Source: Leptospira sp. (GTDB lineage Bacteria; Spirochaetota; Leptospiria; Leptospirales; Leptospiraceae). Taken from it: 64,000 nt of DNA. Under the pieces are notes generated by a model that ran no database searches, had not been told where the DNA came from, and saw only the letters and a list, made by a program, of their open reading frames with translations. The stretch is from the NCBI GenBank assembly GCA_034439575.1, contig JAWXAQ010000016.1, positions 256,001 through 320,000 on the forward strand. The letters run 5' to 3'. Each line of letters opens with the position of its first letter. The first letter of the stretch is position 1. The position numbers and the translations under genes were made by a program. Positions 29,890-40,130 of the stretch are shown here, piece by piece.

Positions 29890-31323
29890 ATGCCTGCAAT
29901 AGAAGATAGAAGAGCCCGTAAAACGAAGATTATTTGTACCATTGGACCGGCGACGGCAACCAAGGATATGTTGTACCAACTAGCAATGGCTGGAATGAAC
30001 ATTGCCAGAATTAACATGTCTCATGGGGACCATGAGTTTCATAGAAAGATCATTCGAACTATCAAAAGTTTGAATAAAGACGAATTGCATAAACATCCTA
30101 TTTCCATACTTTTAGATACACAAGGTCCAGAGATTCGAACTGGGGATGTTTTGAATGATCTACATTTAAATGTAGGAGAAACATTTACATTTCATATCAT
30201 ACCTGGTATGGAAGCGGAAGCACAAAGTGTATTTGTGAACTACCGAGATATTGTAAAAGATTTAAAAGTAGGTGATAAGGTAACAGTCGATAACGGACTC
30301 ATCAATTTAGTCGTATTGGAAATCAAAGAAAACGAATTGGTCTGTACTGTGTTAGATGGTGGTAAACTTGGTTCAAGAAAACATATAAATTTACCAGGCA
30401 TTCGAGTTAATTTACCTTCGATAACGCCAAAAGATTTAAAAGATATTGTTTTCGGTTTGGAAGAGGATATTGATTTTGTGGCCCTTTCTTTTGTTCGGTC
30501 ACATGAAGATGTGATACAGCTAAGAGGTATCATAGAAGAAAGAAACCATCATGCGCAAATCATTGCAAAAATTGAAGACCAAGAGGGTTTAAAAAACCTA
30601 GACGAAATCATCAAATATTCTGATGGGATTATGGTGGCACGAGGGGATCTCGGGGTAGAGATCGAGATCGAAGAGTTACCCATCGTTCAAAGAAGGATTA
30701 TTAAACGTTGCCAAGAAGAAGGCAAACGAGTGATAGTTGCAACTCATTTACTTGAGTCTATGATAAATAATGCTTCACCTACCCGTGCTGAGGTGACTGA
30801 TGTTGCCAATGCGGTTTATGAAGAAGCAGATGCTATCATGTTGTCTGGCGAAACTGCAATGGGGAAATTTCCAGTTCGTTGTGTTGAAATGTTGGACAAA
30901 ATTTCACGTAGGATGGAGCGGTCGATTAACTTGGGTATGGCGGCAAACCGCAATCCAAAAGACAAAAAAGAAGAGATGGCGAAGGCTGCCGCAAATCTAG
31001 CCGATAATTTACAATCTCCAGCGATCATTGTCATTACAAGACGCGGGATTACAGCAAATAATGTAGCATCTTTTCATCCTAAATATCCAATTGTTCATGC
31101 ATTTACAAATATGACATCCGTTCGGCGGAAGTTATGGATGACCAGGGGTGTGATACCGTATCGCGTTGATTTTTCTTCAGATCCAGAAAAAACTATAAAA
31201 CTTGCGATTCAAACATTGCAAAACAATGGTTATTTGCAAATCGGTGAGAAAGTTGTCATTTTATCCGATATCATTGCGGGTGAAGATAGAGTCGAAACAA
31301 TCCAAGTGCGTGATGTAAAATAA
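29890..31323 (+). CDS. pyk: Pyruvate kinase
   Basis: Motifs [43 protein letters not shown] and PTRAEVTDV. Confidence 0.97.
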   Translation: MPAIEDRRARKTKIICTIGPATATKDMLYQLAMAGMNIARINMSHGDHEFHRKIIRTIKSLNKDELHKHPISILLDTQGPEIRTGDVLNDLHLNVGETFTFHIIPGMEAEAQSVFVNYRDIVKDLKVGDKVTVDNGLINLVVLEIKENELVCTVLDGGKLGSRKHINLPGIRVNLPSITPKDLKDIVFGLEEDIDFVALSFVRSHEDVIQLRGIIEERNHHAQIIAKIEDQEGLKNLDEIIKYSDGIMVARGDLGVEIEIEELPIVQRRIIKRCQEEGKRVIVATHLLESMINNASPTRAEVTDVANAVYEEADAIMLSGETAMGKFPVRCVEMLDKISRRMERSINLGMAANRNPKDKKEEMAKAAANLADNLQSPAIIVITRRGITANNVASFHPKYPIVHAFTNMTSVRRKLWMTRGVIPYRVDFSSDPEKTIKLAIQTLQNNGYLQIGEKVVILSDIIAGEDRVETIQVRDVK

Positions 31324-31337
31324 GAGTTACAATTTGC

Positions 31338-32795
31338 GTGAGGGATTTTTTAAGTTACAGAATAGCGAGTATTAGTTGTTTTATTTTGTATTTTTTGTTT
31401 GGACTTTCTGTATCCTTGTACTCACAAGATTCGCCAGTAAAACCCAAGCCTCTTCATGAAATTCCTTCTTGGATCGGTGAGTTTAAAAAATTAGATGAAA
31501 AGGAATTAGCGCAAAAAAAGGAAGGATGGTACATTACTGGACTTCCACTTTTTGGAAGTGATGCGGTCTCTGGCAGTGGCGCTGGAGTTTTAGCTAATGT
31601 TTTTATCAATGGGGATAAAAATAATCCTTCTTTTGCCTATGTACCTTACGAACATCAGATTTCTGTCGGGGCATATCAGACAACAAGGTCAACTAAGAAC
31701 TATTTTGTGGCATGGGATGCACCGTATTTTTTAGATTCTCCTTTTCGTGTTAAAACTTTGTTAGGTCATGATTCAAATTTGCATAATCAATATTTTGGAG
31801 TTGGGAAGGAAGCACTAACACCTCTTTCCTATTTAGAGCGTAATCAACCTGATGGAAGACTTGTTCGCAATGGGACGTATTCGGATTTTGAGACTGCAAA
31901 TTCTTATTATACAAATAGAGGATTTGGTCGAGAGGCTGTATCAACGCAGAGAAATCATGAATACCAATTTGAAACGACCTATGCTCAGTTTTTTTTAGAT
32001 AAAACAATTTATCAGGTATTCCGTGTTTGGATTGGTTCAGAACTATCAAAAAATGTGATACGGCGCTACGATGGTAAATGGACAGAAGCGAGAGATCCTC
32101 TCACAAATGTTAAAATTCCTGTCCAGGAAAATACAACGCAAGTGACAAGGGATTCTCAGGAAGGAAAAATACTTGGGATACATGGTGGTAATTTAAATTA
32201 TCTAAGAGCAGGTATCGCTTATGATACAAGGGACTTTGAACCTGATCCCGATCGTGGATGGCTTATAGAATACAATGTGAATCGAGCAGAACGAGTGATA
32301 GGTTCTGATTATTCTTACCTAAGACATTTTTTTCAGGCCAAAAATTATTGGCAACCTTTCCCAAAAATATTTGAAGAACTGGTATTGGCGCAAAGAGTAG
32401 CTTTAACTAAGATAGATGGGAATGTCCCATTTTTTGAATATAGATATTTGTATTCCATAGATGGTCCGTTTGGTGGTGTGGGTGGTCAGAATACATCGCG
32501 TGGTTTTAGAGCAGAAAGATTTTTTGGACCTGTGATGGGTTTTTATAATGTAGAACTTAGATGGAGATTTGGAAGTTTCCAAGCCTGGGATTCCTTATTT
32601 CAATTTAGTTTAGCACCTTTTTATGACATTGCCAATGTTTGGGATCGATTGAGTGATATTACAAGACAAGGATATAAACACTCTCGTGGGATTGGACTGC
32701 GTATTGTTTGGGACCAGTCCACTGTGATTCTAATGGACTGGGCGAGATCAAGAGAGGATTCCCTATTTTATTTAGACATGGGTCATACTTTTTAA
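31338..32795 (+). CDS. Omp85-family outer-membrane beta-barrel protein
   Basis: Signal peptide, YDTRD, an SRGF lid-lock-like motif, GIGLR and a C-terminal Phe. Confidence 0.8.
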   Translation: MRDFLSYRIASISCFILYFLFGLSVSLYSQDSPVKPKPLHEIPSWIGEFKKLDEKELAQKKEGWYITGLPLFGSDAVSGSGAGVLANVFINGDKNNPSFAYVPYEHQISVGAYQTTRSTKNYFVAWDAPYFLDSPFRVKTLLGHDSNLHNQYFGVGKEALTPLSYLERNQPDGRLVRNGTYSDFETANSYYTNRGFGREAVSTQRNHEYQFETTYAQFFLDKTIYQVFRVWIGSELSKNVIRRYDGKWTEARDPLTNVKIPVQENTTQVTRDSQEGKILGIHGGNLNYLRAGIAYDTRDFEPDPDRGWLIEYNVNRAERVIGSDYSYLRHFFQAKNYWQPFPKIFEELVLAQRVALTKIDGNVPFFEYRYLYSIDGPFGGVGGQNTSRGFRAERFFGPVMGFYNVELRWRFGSFQAWDSLFQFSLAPFYDIANVWDRLSDITRQGYKHSRGIGLRIVWDQSTVILMDWARSREDSLFYLDMGHTF

Positions 32796-33502
32796 AATTT
32801 CATAGGTACTTCGATACATAAAATTTCACTGACCACTTCTGCCGTCAGTGAAATTTCTTTAGTTTCCCAAACACCGAGTCCATCCCGTCTTTCTAATGTT
32901 TGGTCATTGATCTTTATTTTACCACTGATGAGAAAAAAGTAAGCACCTTGGTTTGCTTCATGAATGTTGTAATTTAGGATATGCCCAGGCTCCAATGTAG
33001 CGAATGAAAAGTAAGCTGATTGATTGATCCAGACCGCCTCGGGATCGCTAGGTGAAACTACGGTTTGCCATTTATTTTTTGAATGTGTTCTAGAAAATGA
33101 TTTTTGTTCATACCGAGGCTCAATGTTTAATTTTTTAGGTAAAATCCAAATTTGGAGAAAGTTTACATTTTTATCAGGACTATGATTGAATTCGGAATGA
33201 CGAATGCCCGTACCCGCAGACATGATTTGCACATCGCCTGTTAGTATCACCCCATTGGTTCCCGTACTATCCTTGTGCGCCAATTCGCCGTATAACGGGA
33301 TTGATACGATTTCCATATTATCATGAGGATGAGTGCCAAATCCCATAGCAGGTGTGACGATATCATCATTCAGAACTCGCAGTGCCCCAAAATTTGTTTT
33401 CTCTGGATCGTAATAACTTCCAAAACTGAAAGAATGGTGACTGTCCAACCAACCAAAATTGGCATGTCCACGTTCACTTGCCGGATGAAAAATTTGTTTC
33501 AT
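32792..33502 (-). CDS. Pirin-family protein (YhhW-like)
   Basis: Motifs GWLDSHHSFSF, LRVLNDD, FGTHPHDNMEI, QIMSAGTGIRHSEFN and LQIWI. The start was moved to 33502. Confidence 0.93.
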   Translation of the reverse strand: MKQIFHPASERGHANFGWLDSHHSFSFGSYYDPEKTNFGALRVLNDDIVTPAMGFGTHPHDNMEIVSIPLYGELAHKDSTGTNGVILTGDVQIMSAGTGIRHSEFNHSPDKNVNFLQIWILPKKLNIEPRYEQKSFSRTHSKNKWQTVVSPSDPEAVWINQSAYFSFATLEPGHILNYNIHEANQGAYFFLISGKIKINDQTLERRDGLGVWETKEISLTAEVVSEILCIEVPMKF

Positions 33503-33512
33503 ACAATTATCC

Positions 33513-33540
33513 TTTGATATCATATAGTTTAATATCAAAC
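33513..33540. promoter_or_regulatory. Inverted repeat, candidate repressor operator between the divergent pirin and SDR genes
   Basis: TTTGATAT-N11-ATATCAAA, overlapping the near-palindrome GTTTAATATCAAAC. Confidence 0.4.
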
Positions 33541-33624
33541 CAATATATGTCAACTAGGAAAATAGAATTTTGATGTCGTTTGACACAATCTAGCCGAATG
33601 CTGAACTTCTCCTAAGGAAAACAA

Positions 33625-34421
33625 ATGTATTGGAAAAATAAAATTGTCTGGGTCACTGGAGCTTCTTCTGGTATTGGCGAAGCATTGGTAAAGGAACTAG
33701 CAGCACTCGGTGCAAAGGTGATATTATCTTCGAGGAATCAAGCTGAACTTATCAGAGTGCAAAAAGAGGCAAAATTGACTCATGAGAATTCGCTTGTACT
33801 TCCGTTAGATTTAGAAAATATAAAGATTTGGAAAAATATGTTTCTAAGGCATTAAAGCCTTGGGGAAAAATCGATACATTGATAAATAATGGAGGTATAA
33901 GCCAGCGCGATTTAGCAGAAAACACAAGTTTGGCGGTTTCAGAAAAAATCATGAATATAAATTTTTTTGGAGCCGTGTCATTGACAATGGCTTTATATCC
34001 ACATTTGAAATCTCAAAAAAATGGAACGATAGCAGTCATTTCGAGCATTGCTGGAAAAGTCGGAACAAGGATGCGGTCAAGTTATTGCGCGAGTAAACAC
34101 GCGTTACAAGGTTACTTTGATAGTCTTCGTGCGGAAGCTTTTCAAGACGGAATTCAAGTAAGTATCATTTGTCCAGGCTATATAAAAACAAATATTTCTA
34201 TGAATGCACTCATAGGTTCTGGTAAATCTCAAAATAAAATGGATGATGGGATCGCTTCAGGTCTTGATGTAAATGTGACAGCTAAAAAAATTCTTAAGGG
34301 ATTAGAAAAAGGAAAAGAGGAAATAATAATCAGTGGTTTCAAAGAACGATTTGCCACATATATGAAACGATTTTTTCCCAGAATTTTGTCGATCATCCTT
34401 AGAACTGCAAAAGTAACTTAA
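33625..34421 (+). pseudogene. Short-chain dehydrogenase/reductase with a 1-nt frameshift near 33820
   Basis: TGASSGIG lies in the first piece; NNGG and YCASK lie in the second. Inserting one base restores LPLDLENYKDLEKYV. Confidence 0.85.
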
Positions 34422-34427
34422 ATAAAA

Positions 34428-35138
34428 ATGCCTTGGGAAAATGGAAATAAATATGGATCTTTTAAAAAAATTCTCATTCCAGAGGAAGAATTAAAAAAAG
34501 AATCGGTTCTACTCGGTGCCAAATTTATCGAACTAGAAAATTTGTTCAAAGAAAATTCCATCTCCCAGGCCAGTTTGTGTTTTAAATTTATTCTTTGTTA
34601 TATGGAGTCTAGGTTAGGAAATAAAGCATTTTTGAAAATGGGGACTCCTCTGGCCAATCCGGAAAATGAAATTTTATTTTTAGAATCTGTAAGATTTTAC
34701 GGTATGCCTGATACCGTGAGAGGTGCCTTATATTATTGGATGAGGGGTGATTGGAAAATAGTTTTAACAGAGACTCATCCCACAGGCAAAGAGATGTTAT
34801 ATGCCCAGAGTCTTGGCTATAGATTGACGACGATTGATTGGGATGCTTGTAAATCAGGTACCTTAGTTGAGGGGAAAAGAGATGCATTTGAACATTTGTT
34901 GCATGATTTGGCTCACGCTTATATGTTTTTTCGAGAGGATTACGATTATCCAGGCCAAGTGAAATTTTTTCAAACTATGTACGAAGATTTTTCTATTTAT
35001 GAACCATTTCTCGAATCTAATAAAGAGTTTAAGAAAAAATTTGAATACTGTATCTCTGATATGAATTCGCATCCCGCACATTTAAGTGCCTATTGGAATG
35101 CGATTCAAAAAGAGGAAGGTATCAATATCCATCGCTAA
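34428..35138 (+). CDS. Hypothetical protein
   Basis: 236-aa ORF with a His cluster EHLLHDLAH. Confidence 0.65.
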   Translation: MPWENGNKYGSFKKILIPEEELKKESVLLGAKFIELENLFKENSISQASLCFKFILCYMESRLGNKAFLKMGTPLANPENEILFLESVRFYGMPDTVRGALYYWMRGDWKIVLTETHPTGKEMLYAQSLGYRLTTIDWDACKSGTLVEGKRDAFEHLLHDLAHAYMFFREDYDYPGQVKFFQTMYEDFSIYEPFLESNKEFKKKFEYCISDMNSHPAHLSAYWNAIQKEEGINIHR

Positions 35139-35140
35139 TC

Positions 35141-37792
35141 GTGAGAAAAATTTATTATAAAATATTAATCTTCTGTATTTTCCAGGCAAACTTTCTTTAT
35201 GCGGAGGGAACTTTGCTTGTGAAGGTAGTCCTTGTTCGCGGCCAAACGGGGAAGCCTGTCGCCAATGCAACTGTGGTATCAAAAAGTGGAAAAACTACTG
35301 GCATCACAGACAAAGAGGGAAAAGTTACATTATCCTTTTCTAGTGTCGGTTATCATGAATTAAAAATAGTTACAGCAGATAACATACAGAATGTGACAAG
35401 AGAGATTCGCTATAATGGACAAGAATTATTAATACCTATTAGAGAGATCAGTCAGACTGGTATCAATGTGAGCGGAGAGAGAGATAAAACCGTGCTTTCT
35501 CGTTATGGTTTCCAACAAGAAGATATTAAACGCATTCCAGGTGTGGCTGGGGATTCCTTAAAAGCCATACAAACTGTTCCTGGTGTTGTCATCGGGGTTC
35601 CTATCGGGGTATTGCCAACGGTATTTACAAATGTTGGTAACAGCATAACAGGAAATCCTTATTCCAATAGTGAGCGAGGAGATCTTTCTTTGCGCGGTGG
35701 TGGAACCAGACAAAACCAATTTTACTTTGATGGGTTTCCATTGCCCTATGCCTTCCATTTAGGAAATCAATCTTCCGTTTTAAACAATAATTTGATTCGC
35801 TCATTTGATGTTTATAGCGGCTCGTTTCCGTCAAGGTATGGTTTTGCGACAGGAGGAATCATAGCCATAGAAGGGACAGATAAAGTAGAAGACAACAGAA
35901 CAATCGTTAATGTTAATTTTTTCTTATCAGATATTTACAATCAAACCAAATTATTACCATCATTATCTATGATCACATCTGGAAGGAAAAATTATCCAAA
36001 TTTTGTATTGTTGCAGGCGTATCCTGCCGGTATTCCAGAAGATGCAAAATTTGCTGAATACCAAGATTTTCAGTGGAAATTAATATGGGATTTGGATTTA
36101 GATCATAGGATCACAGTACAGACGTTTGGTACAAGAGATAGACAGGCTTATACGAAACAACAAGCTTCGTATGAAAGAGGAGGTGAAGATCCGAGGCCTC
36201 CAACTGGATTAGATCGTGGATTTAGAACCGATGCTATGCGATATGTCTGGAAAGGAAAAACATTCCGAAATTCCATATCATATTCCAGAACTTCTTTTAA
36301 CGAATTTTTTGAAGTCAGAGTTACAAATCCATTGACAGCTGAAAATATTTTTGGACTTCAAAATAGAACTAGAGATTATTTGAGTTTCGTTGAACAAAGA
36401 TTTGAATGGGAACTTATAGAAGAACATTTAAAATTTGAATCGGGTCTTCAAATGAGATCCCGTGAAACAAATTTAAAAGGTGAAAATATTTCATCCACAA
36501 ATCGGCTGTTTGCTGATATATTTAATGATTTATTAAATTCCAGTGCACAATTTCGTTCTGTGATAGATGGAGATAGGATACGTTATCAAGAAACAGGTGG
36601 TTATGCAGAGTTTCAAGGTAGATGGAATGGATTTAGATTCACTCCTGGCGGTCGCGTTGATTCCTACAGTGGTTCACGTGAAGTAAATCTTTCGCCTCGC
36701 GTTACTGGTGGTTATGTGATAGAAAGCACTAAGACCAGTTTTCTTGCAGGACATGGAATTCATTATAATAGTCCTGTGAGTGTAGAGCAACTTTCACAAA
36801 AATCAGGAAATCCAAATTTATTTATGGAACGATCCGAACATAATTCCATTGGTATCCAACAAGAATTTGTGAATGGATGGTCGGTAAAAGTAGAGGCTTT
36901 TCGTAACATCTTTCAAAATGTAATCGTTGCTGATAATTTTATTACAGATCCATATGCACCTAATAATGATTTGCGAATCATTGCTAATGATCCCATCAAA
37001 GCTATCAATCAACCGCTTACACAAAGAAATTTAAATTATTCAAATTCAGGATATGGGCATTCGGATGGTGTGGAATTTTTTATCAAAAAAGCTAGAGATC
37101 CTAGAATTGAATCTGGTGCGTATGGTTGGATTTCTTATACCAATTCCATTACAAAGAGAATTAATAACCAAGCAAGAAGAACGACCGATGAAAATACAAA
37201 CAGAGCCTTGTTAAATGGCACTAGAGAGTTGATTGCCCAATCAAAAATCGGTACCAATTATATAAATTATTATGATGATAACCAATTTGAGATTATCTAT
37301 AATAATGATAGAGAAGAATTGTACGACCTTGACCGAAGGCACATATTAAATTTTGTGTTTGGTTATAAATTTAATCCTGATTGGCAAATAGGTGGAAGGT
37401 ATCGTTACTTTTCTGGAACACCATACACACCGATTATAAATTCCAATCGGGCCAATCAAGCGGCTACCTTTGGAGTGAATTTAAATTTCCCAGAGTATTC
37501 TAAAAATTATAATAGCGATCGATTGTTACCATTCCATCAAATTGATATTCGTATCGATGCCTTTGATCATTATTCTTGGGGATATATCAATGTGTATTTG
37601 GAATTTGTAAACTTTTACGGAAGGCAAAACGTAACTGGTTACAATTTTGATAATTTACAAGCATACCAAAGGGGAGTCAATCCATCATCAACATATGATA
37701 CTGTAAATTCTCCTTACATTCAGTCACAACGTCCGAATGGCAGTCCTATCAATTTACCTCTTGTGAATTTAGGTATGGAGGTGCGATTTTGA
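35141..37792 (+). CDS. TonB-dependent receptor
   Basis: Signal peptide, N-terminal beta-sandwich, plug motifs (IQTVPGV, LSLRGG, YFDG), barrel strands and a C-terminal Phe. The start was moved to GTG 35141. Confidence 0.9.
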   Translation: MRKIYYKILIFCIFQANFLYAEGTLLVKVVLVRGQTGKPVANATVVSKSGKTTGITDKEGKVTLSFSSVGYHELKIVTADNIQNVTREIRYNGQELLIPIREISQTGINVSGERDKTVLSRYGFQQEDIKRIPGVAGDSLKAIQTVPGVVIGVPIGVLPTVFTNVGNSITGNPYSNSERGDLSLRGGGTRQNQFYFDGFPLPYAFHLGNQSSVLNNNLIRSFDVYSGSFPSRYGFATGGIIAIEGTDKVEDNRTIVNVNFFLSDIYNQTKLLPSLSMITSGRKNYPNFVLLQAYPAGIPEDAKFAEYQDFQWKLIWDLDLDHRITVQTFGTRDRQAYTKQQASYERGGEDPRPPTGLDRGFRTDAMRYVWKGKTFRNSISYSRTSFNEFFEVRVTNPLTAENIFGLQNRTRDYLSFVEQRFEWELIEEHLKFESGLQMRSRETNLKGENISSTNRLFADIFNDLLNSSAQFRSVIDGDRIRYQETGGYAEFQGRWNGFRFTPGGRVDSYSGSREVNLSPRVTGGYVIESTKTSFLAGHGIHYNSPVSVEQLSQKSGNPNLFMERSEHNSIGIQQEFVNGWSVKVEAFRNIFQNVIVADNFITDPYAPNNDLRIIANDPIKAINQPLTQRNLNYSNSGYGHSDGVEFFIKKARDPRIESGAYGWISYTNSITKRINNQARRTTDENTNRALLNGTRELIAQSKIGTNYINYYDDNQFEIIYNNDREELYDLDRRHILNFVFGYKFNPDWQIGGRYRYFSGTPYTPIINSNRANQAATFGVNLNFPEYSKNYNSDRLLPFHQIDIRIDAFDHYSWGYINVYLEFVNFYGRQNVTGYNFDNLQAYQRGVNPSSTYDTVNSPYIQSQRPNGSPINLPLVNLGMEVRF

Positions 37793-38436
37793 ATCAAATT
37801 GTTATCTGTTTAATATTTGTTAGTCTTTTTTTATCTTGTGAGGATGGAGAAGAGAAAAATAAAAAGAGAATTCAAAATCAAAACAATTTCATGTTTTTGT
37901 TAAGTTATTCTAGAGAAACTGGAAATTGTAAAATAGAAATTACAGATGAGACGACCAAATTAAAAACTACAACTTGTAATCGAAAACCGAACGGCGTATG
38001 CAATATAAATACTTCGCTCATCACACAAAGTGAAATCACTCTTCAATTATCAGAAGGTAAAAAAATAACGGATAAATATTCGGAATGTGAGTTGAGTTTT
38101 TTACAATCCGGAATACTTCTATTAAAGCCAACGACAAGCGAAGAGGAATCAAAAATGAAAAGTAACACAATTTATGCGAGTATAGAAAGTTGTGAATCAG
38201 ATGGTTTTAATTTAAATAGTGAAAGCCGATTGGCAACATTTCATGAATTGAGATTTTTGGAATCGGCTCGCGGCAAAATCGGAAAAACCGCAAAAAACAT
38301 AACAATCAATCGATTCTTATCATTAACGATCAGAGAGAGAGCCACTGCTTGTCTTGAGAAAGAGTATTCTTTGGCAGAAAGAAATTTTTATGATGATTTA
38401 GTCTTATCTAGAATAGTAGAATCAGTTAGAAAATAG
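37789..38436 (+). CDS. Putative lipoprotein
   Basis: Hydrophobic leader ending FLSC; overlaps the receptor stop codon; several Cys. Confidence 0.7.
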   Translation: MNQIVICLIFVSLFLSCEDGEEKNKKRIQNQNNFMFLLSYSRETGNCKIEITDETTKLKTTTCNRKPNGVCNINTSLITQSEITLQLSEGKKITDKYSECELSFLQSGILLLKPTTSEEESKMKSNTIYASIESCESDGFNLNSESRLATFHELRFLESARGKIGKTAKNITINRFLSLTIRERATACLEKEYSLAERNFYDDLVLSRIVESVRK

Positions 38437-38546
38437 TAAGGTAAGTTAATAAATAAATATACGCTAGTTTTATGGGCAAAGCGATAAGACCAAACTCTCA
38501 CAATTAAATATAATCCGAATGTCTCTACACCGAAACTTCACGATAA

Positions 38547-38870
38547 TTATAATACAGAAACAGAAATGTTGTGGAAGATACCGATAGTATCATTATATCT
38601 TGGTTCCGAGTAAAGAAGTTCTGATTTCCGAAATTGCATGTCAAATTTATCTGAAAATTTACTAGGATCAGGTGACAAGATGCCTGCTGGGTCTCCAATT
38701 TGGACAGACTCACCTGGTTTTAAATTGGATTCAATATGTAGCAGTTTAACCGTTTTTGCTTGAAACTCAGGTCTAACGGAATTTTCACATTCAATTGATG
38801 TGTTTAATTCATCCGAAAATATTGAAAAATGTATTAGCAAAGAGATGAAAATGATTAATTTTCTTTTCAT
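38547..38870 (-). CDS. Small exported hypothetical protein (possibly truncated)
   Basis: Signal peptide MKRKLIIFISLLIHFSIFS. Confidence 0.45.
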   Translation of the reverse strand: MKRKLIIFISLLIHFSIFSDELNTSIECENSVRPEFQAKTVKLLHIESNLKPGESVQIGDPAGILSPDPSKFSDKFDMQFRKSELLYSEPRYNDTIGIFHNISVSVL

Positions 38871-38946
38871 TAGATTTTAAAGTCTCTTGCGTTTAATTAT
38901 TTGTTATGCGAAAGTAAGAAAATTAATACAATCAAAAATTTTAAAC

Positions 38947-39576
38947 CTAATCCTTCTTACAAATAATATACCAAAATTTCTGTATTGGTTTATTATCAAA
39001 ATTAATTTTCGGTTCCTCTATTTCTTCTGCTTTTTGTAAACCCAAATTGGCAAATTCCAATTGAATGGAATCTAAATCGTAAAAAAATAATGTGACTCCA
39101 TGATTGGTTTTGAATGAATCTTTACTCAATTGCTCGCCTTGGCCATATCGGAAATCCGTTTTTGATAAGGATACAAAAAACATATGTCCGTTAGGTTTTA
39201 GTTGATTGAAACAATTGTGCAAGAATTTGATTCGTTCCTCTCTATTCAATAAATGTAATAGGGCATAGCTGAAAATTCCATCATATAATTCTTCATCGAA
39301 TGGCATCGAATTGACTGAACCAGAGTAAATTTTGAATTTATTTTTTATTTGATTTTTAGCTATATCTATCGCTGTTTCAGATATTTCTATTCCTGTTACT
39401 TCGAAACCATTGTCTAAAAAAATTTTACCATTTCTTCCATATCCAAAACCTGGAATTAAAATTTTCGAAATCTCTTTTTCCTTAAAGAATTCTAATGTTG
39501 CGATAGCAGAATCGCTTGGTACCCAACCCCACATTTCTTTTTTCTCTTTAAAACTTGATTCCCAAAATTCTGTCAT
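38947..39576 (-). CDS. Class I SAM-dependent methyltransferase
   Basis: Motifs ILIPGFGYGRN, VTGIEIS, YDGIF and LKPNG. Confidence 0.88.
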   Translation of the reverse strand: MTEFWESSFKEKKEMWGWVPSDSAIATLEFFKEKEISKILIPGFGYGRNGKIFLDNGFEVTGIEISETAIDIAKNQIKNKFKIYSGSVNSMPFDEELYDGIFSYALLHLLNREERIKFLHNCFNQLKPNGHMFFVSLSKTDFRYGQGEQLSKDSFKTNHGVTLFFYDLDSIQLEFANLGLQKAEEIEEPKINFDNKPIQKFWYIICKKD

Positions 39577-39660
39577 AAAGGCTTTTTCTTAACTTTATAA
39601 ATAGAACAAATCTTTTACTACTTTATTTTATTGCATAGAGTTAAACCTATAATTCTCCAA

Positions 39661-39797
39661 GCGCCAGTGATCGATGCGTAAATCCTTTGCTAATCGCAAA
39701 TTAACACATTTATTAAATAACATCGCAAAGATTGGAGCGGAGAGCACGTTCGGTTATTAAGATGCGTATAGATTCATCTAACGAATCCGAGGCGCCC
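39661..39797. repeat. Structured intergenic element resembling Leptospira dispersed repeats (MITE/REP-like)
   Basis: GCGCC...GGCGC termini, internal arms AATCCTTTGC...GCAAAGATT and a GATTC...GAATC hairpin. Only one copy is in the window; the family resemblance is from memory. Confidence 0.5.
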
Positions 39798-39805
39798 CAG
39801 TGAAA

Positions 39806-40129
39806 CTAAAGTTTCTCATTATTTTTATGTCTATCTATATCGCGCTTGGTATTTTTTTCCAATGTAACTTTGATACAGTCTTCAAGGGAAAGGTCCATTT
39901 GGTTAGCAAGGCAGGTTAAAACAAAAAGGATATCTCCGATTTCGCTTGGGATATTTTTTTCAGATTCTCCTTTTTTAAAAGATTGGTCACCGTAGGTTCT
40001 CGCTATAAGTCTCGAAAGTTCTCCAACTTCTTCAACTAATACGGCTAAGTTGGTGAGCTCGGAAAAATATCTAACACCTATTGATTTTATCCAGTCATCT
40101 ACTTCCTTTTGCAATTCTGATAAGGTCAT
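39806..40129 (-). CDS. MazG-like nucleotide pyrophosphohydrolase (YpjD-like)
   Basis: Motifs LVEEVGELSR and EIGDILFVLTCLANQ. The start was moved to 40129. Confidence 0.9.
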   Translation of the reverse strand: MTLSELQKEVDDWIKSIGVRYFSELTNLAVLVEEVGELSRLIARTYGDQSFKKGESEKNIPSEIGDILFVLTCLANQMDLSLEDCIKVTLEKNTKRDIDRHKNNEKL

Positions 40130-40130
40130 A

